From a virus: a stretch of 64,000 bases of DNA. The DNA is taken from the IMG/VR virus record IMGVR_UViG_3300045988_141753; one strand, 5' to 3'. Below, piece after piece: positions 46,505 through 54,996 of the stretch. The notes beneath the pieces are model-generated. The model did no database searches and was not told the origin of the DNA. It worked only from the letters and a program-made list of their open reading frames with translations. Made by a program: the position numbers and the translations under genes. Position 1 is the stretch's first letter, and each line of letters begins with the position of its first letter.

Positions 46505-47183
46505 ACCGTGGCGTATTGGTGTGGATTGTGATAATGTCATTAATAATTTAGTAGAGAGCATTATTGATGTTTATAATAAGGACTATAATGACAATTTGTC
46601 CGTTGCCAATATAACTACCTATAATATGAGACAGTTCTTTAAAAATGTATCTCAAGACAAGTTTTATGACTATTTCACGGATAAGAGGGTATGGGACAAC
46701 ATAAAAGTGCTTGAAAATTGTGTTGCCACATTGAAGAAATACCATGATTTAGGTTGTGAAATTTACATAGTAACAGCTACAGCCCCACAGAATATTTCTA
46801 GTAAGGCAGCTTGGTTACAAGAACAACTTCCATTTTTAAATATGTATGATAGCCTCATAGCCATAAAGAACAAGCAAATGCTTAGTGGAGATATTGATAT
46901 TCTAATTGATGATTGCGTAGACAATTTAGTTGGTGGCTATTATCATAAAATTTTATTTGATTATCCATGGAATAGACTTGGGTTTGAGTCATATGAAAAC
47001 AACGCTCATATGCTACACCAAAGATACCGTTGTAGGAATTGGAACGATATTGATAAGGCAATTAACATGATTATGAAAACTGATATGGGTACAGAAATAG
47101 AATTAGACTTAAAGCCAGAAAACATAGAGCGTATAGAAAGCGAACAAAAAATAGATTTTGTTTTAAGTGACAACAAGGAGTGA
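46473..47183 (+). CDS. 5'(3')-deoxyribonucleotidase (HAD family)
   Basis: DxDxV motif GVDCDNVI, with later TA... and DD motifs. The start was chosen after a GAGGA RBS. Confidence 0.65.
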   Translation: MELKANLIRPRPWRIGVDCDNVINNLVESIIDVYNKDYNDNLSVANITTYNMRQFFKNVSQDKFYDYFTDKRVWDNIKVLENCVATLKKYHDLGCEIYIVTATAPQNISSKAAWLQEQLPFLNMYDSLIAIKNKQMLSGDIDILIDDCVDNLVGGYYHKILFDYPWNRLGFESYENNAHMLHQRYRCRNWNDIDKAINMIMKTDMGTEIELDLKPENIERIESEQKIDFVLSDNKE

Positions 47184-47187
47184 TAAA

Positions 47188-49261
47188 ATGTGCAAAATAG
47201 TAATTAAAAGAGATGGAACTAAAGTTAAGTTTGAAAGAGCAAAGATCGGTAAGGCAATTTTGAAAGCGTATAATGAAGTTTATCCTGATACATTGGATAT
47301 AAATGCTGAACTTGCAAGCGACATATGTTGTGATGTGTGCAGAAAGCTTGAAGCCATGGCAGAAATTTCAGTAGAAGATATTCAGGACATAGTTGAAACA
47401 ACGCTTATGGATTATGACAGAAATGTAGCAAAAGCCTATATTACATATAGATATAAACGTAGCCTTGTAAGACAAAGCAATACAACCGATAAAAGTATTC
47501 TTGAATTAATTGATGGTGTAAATGATTATTGGAATAACGAAAATTCAAATAAAAATGCAACACTCGCCACAACACAAAGAGATTACCTTGCAGGAATTAC
47601 AAGTACGGATATTTCACAAAGATTTCTATTGCCATCAGATGTAGTTGAAGCACATAAGCAAGGCATTGTCCATTTCCATGATATGGACTATTTCGCAGAA
47701 CATATAAGTAATTGTTGTCTTGTAAATCTTGAAGATATGTTGCAGAATGGTACAATGATTAATAAAGTCAAGATTGAAAAGCCACATAGACTTATTACGG
47801 CAACTACGATTGCAACGCAAATTATTACTGCTGTAGCAAGTTCTCAATATGGTGGTACAAGTATTACACTTACACATTTAGCCCCTTTCGTTAGAGATAG
47901 CTATATTTATCATCTAAATAAATATAAAGATCGTGGACTAGACTATGATAAATCTGTAGAATTTGCAAGACTTGATACAAAAAAAGAAATTGAAGATAGT
48001 GTTCAAACTTTTAATTATCAAATTAACAGTATGTCAACCACTAATGGGCAAACACCATTTTTAACTGTATTCATGTACCTTGGTGAAACAAATGAATACA
48101 AAGAAGAATTGGCAGCTTTAATTAAGGAATTTATTAAGCAACGTATTCTTGGCTTGAAAAATGAAAATGGTGTTTATGTTACACCTGCTTTTCCTAAACT
48201 TATTTACGTTCTTGAAGAGGACAATATAAGAAAAGGCTCAAAATATTGGGACATTACTATTGAAGCCGCAAAGTGTACTGCTAAAAGATTAGTGCCAGAT
48301 TACATAAGTGAAAAGAAAATGAAGGAACTAAAAGAGGGTAATTGCTTCCCATCAATGGGGTGCAGAAGCTTTTTAGCTCCATACAAAGATGAAAATGATA
48401 ATTACAAATTCTATGGTAGATTTAATCAGGGCGTTGTTACGATAAACCTTGTTGATGTTGCCCTATCATCAAATAGAGATGTAAATAAATTTTGGCAGCT
48501 ATTTGAAGAAAGAACAGAATTGTGTCACAAGGCTTTACGTTGCAGGCATGAAAGACTCAAAGGAACTTTATCAGATGTTGCACCAATTCTGTGGCAAGAT
48601 GGTGCGTTTACTAGACTAAAGAAAGGCGAAAAAATAGATAAATATCTTTATGGTGGTTATTCATCTATTTCACTTGGTTATGCAGGTCTTTATGAATGTG
48701 TAAAATACATGACAGGTCATAGTCATACAGACAACAGTGTGGGTGAAAAATTTGGTCTCGAAGTAATGGAAAGACTTAATAAAAAATGCGAACAATGGAA
48801 AAGTGCAGAAAATATTGGCTATTCATTATATGGCAGCCCAATAGAATCCACAACATACAAATTTGCAAAATGTCTTAAAAAACGTTTTGGTATTATTGAG
48901 GGTATTACAGATAGAGATTATATAACAAATTCTTATCACGTTCCTGTTTTTGAAAAAATCAACCCATTTAAGAAATTGGCTATTGAAAGTAAATTTCAAT
49001 CACTAAGTCTAGGCGGTGCGATCAGTTATGTAGAATGTGCTGATTTGCAAAATAATATTCCTGCTATTCTTGAAGTAATTAAGTTTATTTATGACAACAT
49101 TATGTATGCCGAACTTAATACAAAAAGCGATTATTGTCAAGTATGCGGATATGACGGAGAAATCAAAATCATTGATAACAATAATAAGCTGATTTGGGAG
49201 TGTCCTAATTGTGGCAATAGAGATACAAATAAAATGAATGTTGCTAGGCGTACTTGTGGAT
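47188..49261 (+). CDS. nrdD: anaerobic ribonucleoside-triphosphate reductase, exon 1
   Basis: ATP-cone N-terminus; CQVCG...CPNCG Zn site. The exon ends RRTCG within the glycyl-radical motif. Confidence 0.85.
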
Positions 49262-49610
49262 TGACTTAACAATATAGTCCACGTTAAATAGGTTAAACTG
49301 CGGAGAACTCCCCATAATCCTAATTCACCACAACGGAATTGGAAACGATAAACGTGACGGTGGTGCGAATTTAAAATTCAATAGTCCGACAGGATAGAAA
49401 CCATAAAAAGTAATTAGGGTAGGGACAATCGAGTGTGCAAGTCACTCAAACGCATCGAAGCTCCTTAACACATAATGGTGAAGGAGAACGTTCAACGACT
49501 ATAATACCTATTGATAATATTAAATTGTTTATAATAAAACGAATAATAATATTGTTAAATTGTATAGTCTACTCCCCTCATAAATATCGGGAAACCGAGG
49601 GTAAAAAAGG
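49262..49610 (+). mobile_element. ORF-less group I intron in nrdD
   Basis: P1: exon GTGGAT (49256-49261) pairs perfectly with GTCCAC (49277-49282), with a U-G wobble at the splice site. P7 candidate: GACTA 49497-49501 with TAGTC 49565-49569. The last intron nt is G (49610). Splicing restores RRTCGYIGS. Confidence 0.8.
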
Positions 49611-49699
49611 ATATTGGTAGCAATTTTTGGAATCAAGGCAGAACTCAAGAAATTAAACAGAGGTATGTTCACCTTGATAACCATAATATAGGAGAATAA
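49611..49699 (+). CDS. nrdD: nrdD exon 2
   Basis: Encodes (Y)IGSNFWNQGRTQEIKQRYVHLDNHNIGE and a stop, a typical NrdD C-terminus. It ends 3 nt before nrdG. Confidence 0.8.
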
Positions 49700-49702
49700 A
49701 CA

Positions 49703-50194
49703 ATGAGATATGCTAGTATAAGACAAATGGATATTAGCAATGGAGAAGGCATTGGGGTCGCTTTGTTTGTACAAGGCTGTCATTTTCACTGTTTTAATTG
49801 CTTTAATCCTAGCACTTGGGACTTTAATGGTGGCAAAGAGTTTGACTTATATGAATACGATACTCTCATAAAAGCCGTTAAACAACCTTTCATACAGCGT
49901 GTATCATTTCTTGGTGGAGAACCACTTTGCCCTGAAAATCGTGCATATGTAACAAACATATCTAATATGATAACAGCACTTTGTCCTACAAAAACACAAT
50001 GGTTGTACACAGGATATAAGTGGGAAGAAATTAAAGACTTGCCTATTATGAAATATCTTGATGTAGTCATTGACGGTCAATACGAAGATGACAAACGTGA
50101 CATAACATTAAAATGGCGAGGGTCAAGCAATCAGAGGGTCATTGATGTGCAAGAAAGCCTAAAGCAAAACAAAGTAGTATTGTGGTGCGATTAA
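49703..50194 (+). CDS. nrdG: anaerobic RNR activating enzyme (radical SAM)
   Basis: CHFHCFNC CxxxCxxC cluster; adjacent to nrdD. Confidence 0.85.
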   Translation: MRYASIRQMDISNGEGIGVALFVQGCHFHCFNCFNPSTWDFNGGKEFDLYEYDTLIKAVKQPFIQRVSFLGGEPLCPENRAYVTNISNMITALCPTKTQWLYTGYKWEEIKDLPIMKYLDVVIDGQYEDDKRDITLKWRGSSNQRVIDVQESLKQNKVVLWCD

Positions 50195-50212
50195 CCACAC
50201 AAAACAAAAATA

Positions 50213-50240
50213 AAAGGGTTTACATATAAGCAAACCCTTT
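50213..50240 (+). terminator. hairpin after nrdG
   Basis: AAAGGGTTT ... AAACCCTTT. Confidence 0.5.
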
Positions 50241-50364
50241 GACATCAAATAAGTCATTAGCCACCATAGAAATTATAATGTGTTCAATATTATGTTTCTG
50301 AATGGTGGCGACTAATGACTCTATTAATTATAACATAAAGCAAAAGAAAAGTAAAGGAGATAAA

Positions 50365-50892
50365 ATGATAACAACAGTAAAATTTGCAAAGACAAAACCA
50401 AACGCAATTATACCAACCAAAAGACTAGAAGATGCAGGCTATGACGTTTATCCTTGTTTTGATGAAGATTACATAATAATAAAACCACATACTACGGTTA
50501 TAATACCGACAGGCATAGCTTCAGCTTGTGATACAGATTACTGTTTCGTATTGCACGAGAGAAGTTCAACAGGCACTAAGGGCATGGCACAGAGGTGTGG
50601 AATAATCGACAGTGGCTATCGTGGTGAGTGGGGTGTTCCAATTACTAATACAAATGACGTACCGATAGTTATTTGCAAGAAAGAGTCTATTACTGACTTT
50701 AACGATTTTGCTAGTATTTTGTTATTCTCATATGGAGAAGCTAATTACATTTTATACCCATATGAAAAAGCCATTTGTCAGGCTCTTGTACTTCCTGTTC
50801 CAGAAGTTGAGATAGAAGAATATACATACGAGGAGCTTAAAGCCATTCCGTCAGAAAGGGGTACAGGTCGCCTTGGTAGTAGTGGGAAGTAA
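50365..50892 (+). CDS. dut: dUTPase
   Basis: AGYDVY, RSSTG, IDSGYRGEW and C-terminal RGTGRLGSSG motifs. The ATG at 50365 follows an AAAGGAGA RBS. Confidence 0.85.
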   Translation: MITTVKFAKTKPNAIIPTKRLEDAGYDVYPCFDEDYIIIKPHTTVIIPTGIASACDTDYCFVLHERSSTGTKGMAQRCGIIDSGYRGEWGVPITNTNDVPIVICKKESITDFNDFASILLFSYGEANYILYPYEKAICQALVLPVPEVEIEEYTYEELKAIPSERGTGRLGSSGK

Positions 50893-50896
50893 GATT

Positions 50897-51052
50897 ATGA
50901 ATAAAAAAATGAAAAAAAGCAAAACAGCTTTGGTAACAAAAGGTAAAAAGAAAATACCAATAAATATCATTATACATAATCCAAACAACATGGATAAATT
51001 CAATGATTATTATTCATCTGTTATTATTGATACGATAAAAAAAATAGCATAA
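50897..51052 (+). CDS. small basic protein
   Basis: 51-aa ORF, below the track cutoff, 4 nt after dut. Confidence 0.35.
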   Translation: MNKKMKKSKTALVTKGKKKIPINIIIHNPNNMDKFNDYYSSVIIDTIKKIA

Positions 51053-51056
51053 ATAT

Positions 51057-51095
51057 AAAGGTGTCCGACAATGGCAAATATTGTCGGACACCTTT
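51057..51095. terminator. 16-bp perfect palindrome (terminator, or possible attP)
   Basis: AAAGGTGTCCGACAAT-GGCAAAT-ATTGTCGGACACCTTT, immediately upstream of the integrase promoter. Confidence 0.5.
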
Positions 51096-51102
51096 ATATT
51101 TA

Positions 51103-51131
51103 TTGACTTTTTTCAGAAAATATGCTATAAT
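51103..51131 (+). promoter_or_regulatory. sigma-70-type promoter of the integrase gene
   Basis: TTGACT, 17-nt spacer, TATAAT. Confidence 0.6.
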
Positions 51132-51162
51132 GAAAGACTATCTACAAAAAGGAGACATATAA

Positions 51163-52788
51163 ATGAGAATAGCAATATATTCAAGAAAATCAAAATTTAC
51201 AGGCAAAGGTGAAAGTATTGGAAATCAAGTTGAAATGTGTCGAGATTATATCGCTACAAATTATAATGGCGAAGAACATTCCATACAAGTATTTGAAGAT
51301 GAAGGCTTTAGCGGTAAAAATCTTGACCGACCACAATTTAAAAAAATGATAGAAATAGAAAATGTCATACCATTTGATTTAATAGTTGTGTATAGATTAG
51401 ACAGAATTAGCCGTAATGTAGGCGACTTTGCTTCTTTAATTGAAAAGCTAAATAAAAAGAATACGTCATTTGTATGCGTAAAAGAACATTTTGATACAGG
51501 TAACTCTATGGGACGTGCAATGATGAACATAGCTGCGGTTTTTGCACAGTTAGAAAGAGAAACTATAGCAGAGCGTATTAAAGATAATATGTATCTTTTG
51601 GCAAAAGAAGGTCATTGGCTCGGAGGAACGACACCATTAGGCTATAAATCCATTGAAGTTACAAATGGTAAAAGGACACATTTTGAACTTATCATTGATG
51701 AAAGTCAAATAGATTTGGTAAATATAATTTTCAGTAAATATAAACAGCTTGGTAGCATTAACGGAGTAGAAACATATTTGTTTGTGAATGGTTATAAAAC
51801 TCAAAAAAATAACTATTGGCATAAATCTAATGTAAAACGCATTTTAACCAATCCAATCTACTGCATTGCGGATATTGATAGCCTAAATTATTTCACTGAG
51901 TTAGGCTGTAATGTTTGTTTCACACTTGACGATTGCAATGGCAAGAAAGGCATTTATCCGTATAATAGGTTTTCAGGACAAAAAAGAGAAATGCAATCAT
52001 ATGATCGATGGATTATTACTATATCAGAACACCAAGGAATTTTGGCAGGCAAAGAATGGGTGGCTATTCAGCAACAATTAAAGGCAAATTCAAAAGATGG
52101 TTTCGGTGGGAAAGCAAACGAAAGACGTTCCACTAGCAATACTTCACTTTTATCGGGTGTACTGTTCTGTTCATGCGGAGCTTATATGCGACCAAAAAAA
52201 TATCCATCAGGAAATACCTTTTATATTTGTGAAAACAAAATGGATAAAAAAATAACTGAGTGCAATAATTCTAACATCAATGCAGACGAATTAGATAAAA
52301 TAGTTTTAAACGAGTTATTTTCTTTCGATATAAAAGACGGAGTTGTTGATTCACAAATTCAAAATTTAAAAGAACAAATTATAAATATTGACAATGATTT
52401 GCAGAAACAAATTGGACGTTTAAAAAAGCAAATAGAAGCCAATAAGAACACGGTGAATAAATTTATGAATATCGTGGCTCTATCTATTGAAAATGATACG
52501 CCAGAACAAGTGGTTGAAGTTTACAATCAGAAAATAAATGAGTTATTAAATCAAAATAAAATAACTCAAAAAAGAATTGACGAGTTGCAAGATACCAATA
52601 TTGTTCAAGCAAAGATGAATGATAGGTTAAACAGCTTAACAGATGCTATGGCATATCTTAAAGAAAATTTTGACAAATTAACTATTGTAGAAAAAAGAGG
52701 GTTTGTTAAAAAGATAGTTGATAGGATAGTTTGGGACGGCAATAATATCAATATTTTTATTAAAGGTATTTCAGAATTATCAGAATAA
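51163..52788 (+). CDS. int: large serine recombinase (integrase)
   Basis: N-terminus IYSRKS...VVYRLDRISRN is a resolvase catalytic domain. It is followed by a recombinase domain, a Cys-rich zinc ribbon and a long coiled-coil. Confidence 0.85.
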   Translation: MRIAIYSRKSKFTGKGESIGNQVEMCRDYIATNYNGEEHSIQVFEDEGFSGKNLDRPQFKKMIEIENVIPFDLIVVYRLDRISRNVGDFASLIEKLNKKNTSFVCVKEHFDTGNSMGRAMMNIAAVFAQLERETIAERIKDNMYLLAKEGHWLGGTTPLGYKSIEVTNGKRTHFELIIDESQIDLVNIIFSKYKQLGSINGVETYLFVNGYKTQKNNYWHKSNVKRILTNPIYCIADIDSLNYFTELGCNVCFTLDDCNGKKGIYPYNRFSGQKREMQSYDRWIITISEHQGILAGKEWVAIQQQLKANSKDGFGGKANERRSTSNTSLLSGVLFCSCGAYMRPKKYPSGNTFYICENKMDKKITECNNSNINADELDKIVLNELFSFDIKDGVVDSQIQNLKEQIINIDNDLQKQIGRLKKQIEANKNTVNKFMNIVALSIENDTPEQVVEVYNQKINELLNQNKITQKRIDELQDTNIVQAKMNDRLNSLTDAMAYLKENFDKLTIVEKRGFVKKIVDRIVWDGNNINIFIKGISELSE

Positions 52789-52822
52789 GCCAATTGAAAT
52801 ACCTAAGAAAATCATTTCCGTC

Positions 52823-53236
52823 ATGTGTCAACAGCAGTTGCAGTTGAAGAATCGTGGAAACGATAATCACAGGCTTGTTACCCGCATCGCAAAAGCAAGG
52901 ATAAATAATGGTTTATCTATAACTGAAATATGTAAACTAACAGGATTGAGTTATGATAATTACATCAAGTATGAACGTGACGAAGTAAAGGATCAATATA
53001 AAAACTTTGATACTTTGAAAAAAATATCTGATGTACTAAACATAAATCTTATGAATGATTATTTGTCCTTTAAAACACACTCAAAGGAAAAAGTTTGCTC
53101 CTATATGGAATTGCACAATCTATCTATACGCAAATTGGCTAAGATATGCAATGTTAGTATTACAACAATAAAAAACTGGCGTAATGGAAAGTGTTCTCCC
53201 TCCTATGAGATGTGGCAGAGAATATTTAAACAATAG
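52823..53236 (+). CDS. XRE-like HTH protein (two HTH units)
   Basis: LSITEICKLTGLSYDNYIKYE and LSIRKLAKICNVSITTIKNW; the RBS is weak. Confidence 0.55.
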   Translation: MCQQQLQLKNRGNDNHRLVTRIAKARINNGLSITEICKLTGLSYDNYIKYERDEVKDQYKNFDTLKKISDVLNINLMNDYLSFKTHSKEKVCSYMELHNLSIRKLAKICNVSITTIKNWRNGKCSPSYEMWQRIFKQ

Positions 53237-53260
53237 ACTTTACAATTTGTAAAAAAATGA

Positions 53261-53295
53261 AAGCAGGGTATTATTTTAATGCCCTGCTTTTTGTT
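53261..53295 (+). terminator. intrinsic terminator ending the rightward transcription block
   Basis: AAGCAGGG ... CCCTGCTT followed by a T-run. Confidence 0.75.
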
Positions 53296-53315
53296 TCATT
53301 TTTTCTATTTTTAGC

Positions 53316-53436
53316 AAAAAAATAAGGGTATGCCACAACGGACACACCCTTATTTTCTGCATTTGCAACCAATTATTAGGTCGTACCAAATACAAATATG
53401 TTTCAACTCACTAGCTGTAGCAATACTACAACTGAC
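53316..53436 (-). ncRNA. candidate small RNA, copy 1
   Basis: Has its own promoter, a 5' hairpin GTTGTAG/CTACAGC, a conserved block AGCTAGTGAGTTGAAACATATTTGTATT, and a terminator ATAAGGGT/ACCCTTAT plus U-run. No ORF with an RBS. Confidence 0.6.
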
Positions 53437-53442
53437 ATATAT

Positions 53443-53471
53443 AATATAGCATAAAAAAATCTATTTGTCAA
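53443..53471 (-). promoter_or_regulatory. promoter of sRNA copy 1
   Basis: Minus strand reads TTGACA, 17-nt spacer, TATATT. Confidence 0.6.
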
Positions 53472-53537
53472 GACGTTACAAACTTTTTTTATAATTTTAA
53501 CTAGCTATAAATTTGGCAATCATTTTACTGCAATGTA

Positions 53538-53648
53538 AATAAAAAAGGTGTATTCATAAAGAACACACCTTTTTCTTGCAACTTAATTAGTTACACATAG
53601 AATACAAATATATTTCAACTCACAAGCTATGGCATCGCCATAACTGAC
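53538..53648 (-). ncRNA. candidate small RNA, copy 2
   Basis: Same layout as copy 1: 5' hairpin GTTATGGC/GCCATAGC, block AGCTTGTGAGTTGAAATATATTTGTATT, and terminator AAAGGTGT/ACACCTTT. Confidence 0.6.
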
Positions 53649-53654
53649 ATTTAT

Positions 53655-53683
53655 ACTATATCAGACTTGTAGTGGTTTGTCAA
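53655..53683 (-). promoter_or_regulatory. promoter of sRNA copy 2
   Basis: Minus strand reads TTGACA, 17-nt spacer, TATAGT. Confidence 0.6.
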
Positions 53684-53918
53684 CACGTTTTACTATGTTT
53701 TGTATCATTGCACAAATTTGGCTTGTCATTTTTGCTGTTTTGTACATATAAATTTTATAAGACTTTTATAAGACTTTCATAAAACTCTGTCTTATAATTT
53801 TCTAATAAAATCCTTGTAATTTTTTAATAAAATCTTTATTTCATAGAAACTATTCTTCAACTATCTCGTTAGCCCTTAACAATATTTTCTTTTTAACCTT
53901 TTCGCTTTAGGTAATATT

Positions 53919-53947
53919 ATTATATCTAATTATTTATATTTCGTCAA
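53919..53947 (-). promoter_or_regulatory. third leftward promoter in the convergence zone
   Basis: Minus strand reads TTGACG, 17-nt spacer, TATAAT, immediately after the late terminator. Confidence 0.45.
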
Positions 53948-53951
53948 GCGT

Positions 53952-53988
53952 AAAAAAATAGGGTACTAGAAATTAATCTAGCACCCTA
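53952..53988 (-). terminator. intrinsic terminator of the late (leftward) operon
   Basis: TAGGGTGCTAG ... CTAGTACCCTA on the minus strand, followed by a U-run. Confidence 0.7.
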
Positions 53989-53991
53989 AAA

Positions 53992-54996
53992 TTATTTCTG
54001 AACCAATGTCAGAAGTGGGTAAATGCCAAACTCAGCATTGGCTGGTCTTACGTGAATTGTTCTTTTATCAATATTATAATATCCGTAATAATTCATACCC
54101 GAATATGACGATAGCCACATTCCAGAGGTAGTGTCATAACCCAAACCTGTTAAAGCCGTAGTAATTGGCTTATTAACAAAGTATGGCAACTGTGACTCCA
54201 TGCCTGAATTATCATAGCAACCTGAGGTAACATAATGTCCGAAAATCTCAGGCTCACTCGGTAATCTAAGCGAATAGGAGGTATAGCTATCACTATAGCC
54301 ATAGTTTTCCACACTTCTTCCACCACCATTGACATAAGTGTAACTTGTGGCTGATTTGTTAATCATAAGTGGTAATGGGTCTGAAAACTCAGCAAGATTA
54401 TTTCCAAAAATATTTTTAAAATGCGCAGTATAAACAGGCATAACCTTTTGCTGAATGAATGTTTGAGAGTATGCGTGAATATCATCTAAGCCTGTAGCGT
54501 TATCAATAACATTTGTTCCTATTGGTGAGCCAAAAGGCATAAATGTATATGACCGTTTTTCACTTGAGGCTTTTGTAGTCCTAAGAAAATCCACAGCTAC
54601 ACATACAAAATAAGTATCATACTCTACCGTTTTTGTACTTTCTTCACCATCAACGATACAAGGAACATTTTCAATAGTTCCTTTTATTTTCAGTTCTGTA
54701 CCAAGACCTAATTCGGAAATATTGCCACGATTTATTTGACCGAGAAGCCCATTTATATTATCTGGATCATTGCAATTCCATGTGCCACCTGCGATATGAG
54801 CATTACGATTTAATTTCTCCATGCGAACACAACTTCCACTCAGAATAGATATTTCATCTGTGTTTCTTTTAACCGAGGTAGTCAAATTTTCTATTTGGCT
54901 TGTAATATCTGCCGTACCGTCATTGTTCATAAGCTCCGTTTGGTTTGCTAGTGAACTAAGCTTGTTATCAGTTTTATTATATATACTTACGCTCAT
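53992..54996 (-). CDS. tail-fibre-associated / receptor-binding-like protein
   Basis: Last gene of the late block; N-terminal coiled-coil; ATGA overlap with the XkdX-like gene. No family recognised with confidence. Confidence 0.5.
   Translation of the reverse strand: MSVSIYNKTDNKLSSLANQTELMNNDGTADITSQIENLTTSVKRNTDEISILSGSCVRMEKLNRNAHIAGGTWNCNDPDNINGLLGQINRGNISELGLGTELKIKGTIENVPCIVDGEESTKTVEYDTYFVCVAVDFLRTTKASSEKRSYTFMPFGSPIGTNVIDNATGLDDIHAYSQTFIQQKVMPVYTAHFKNIFGNNLAEFSDPLPLMINKSATSYTYVNGGGRSVENYGYSDSYTSYSLRLPSEPEIFGHYVTSGCYDNSGMESQLPYFVNKPITTALTGLGYDTTSGMWLSSYSGMNYYGYYNIDKRTIHVRPANAEFGIYPLLTLVQK

Noticed and set aside
49435-49789. Track ORFs 49435-49620 (+) and 49529-49789 (-) as a possible homing endonuclease in the nrdD intron
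   Set aside because: They are short and carry no LAGLIDADG, GIY-YIG, HNH or Vsr motif. The first overlaps the 3' splice site and nrdD exon 2; the second overlaps exon 2 and the start of nrdG. The intron is treated as ORF-less.
53316-53648. Tiny leaderless peptides (MSVVVLLQLVS and MSVMAMP) at the start of the two sRNA candidates
   Set aside because: The frames are not conserved between the copies and have no RBS. The differences preserve base pairing rather than codons.
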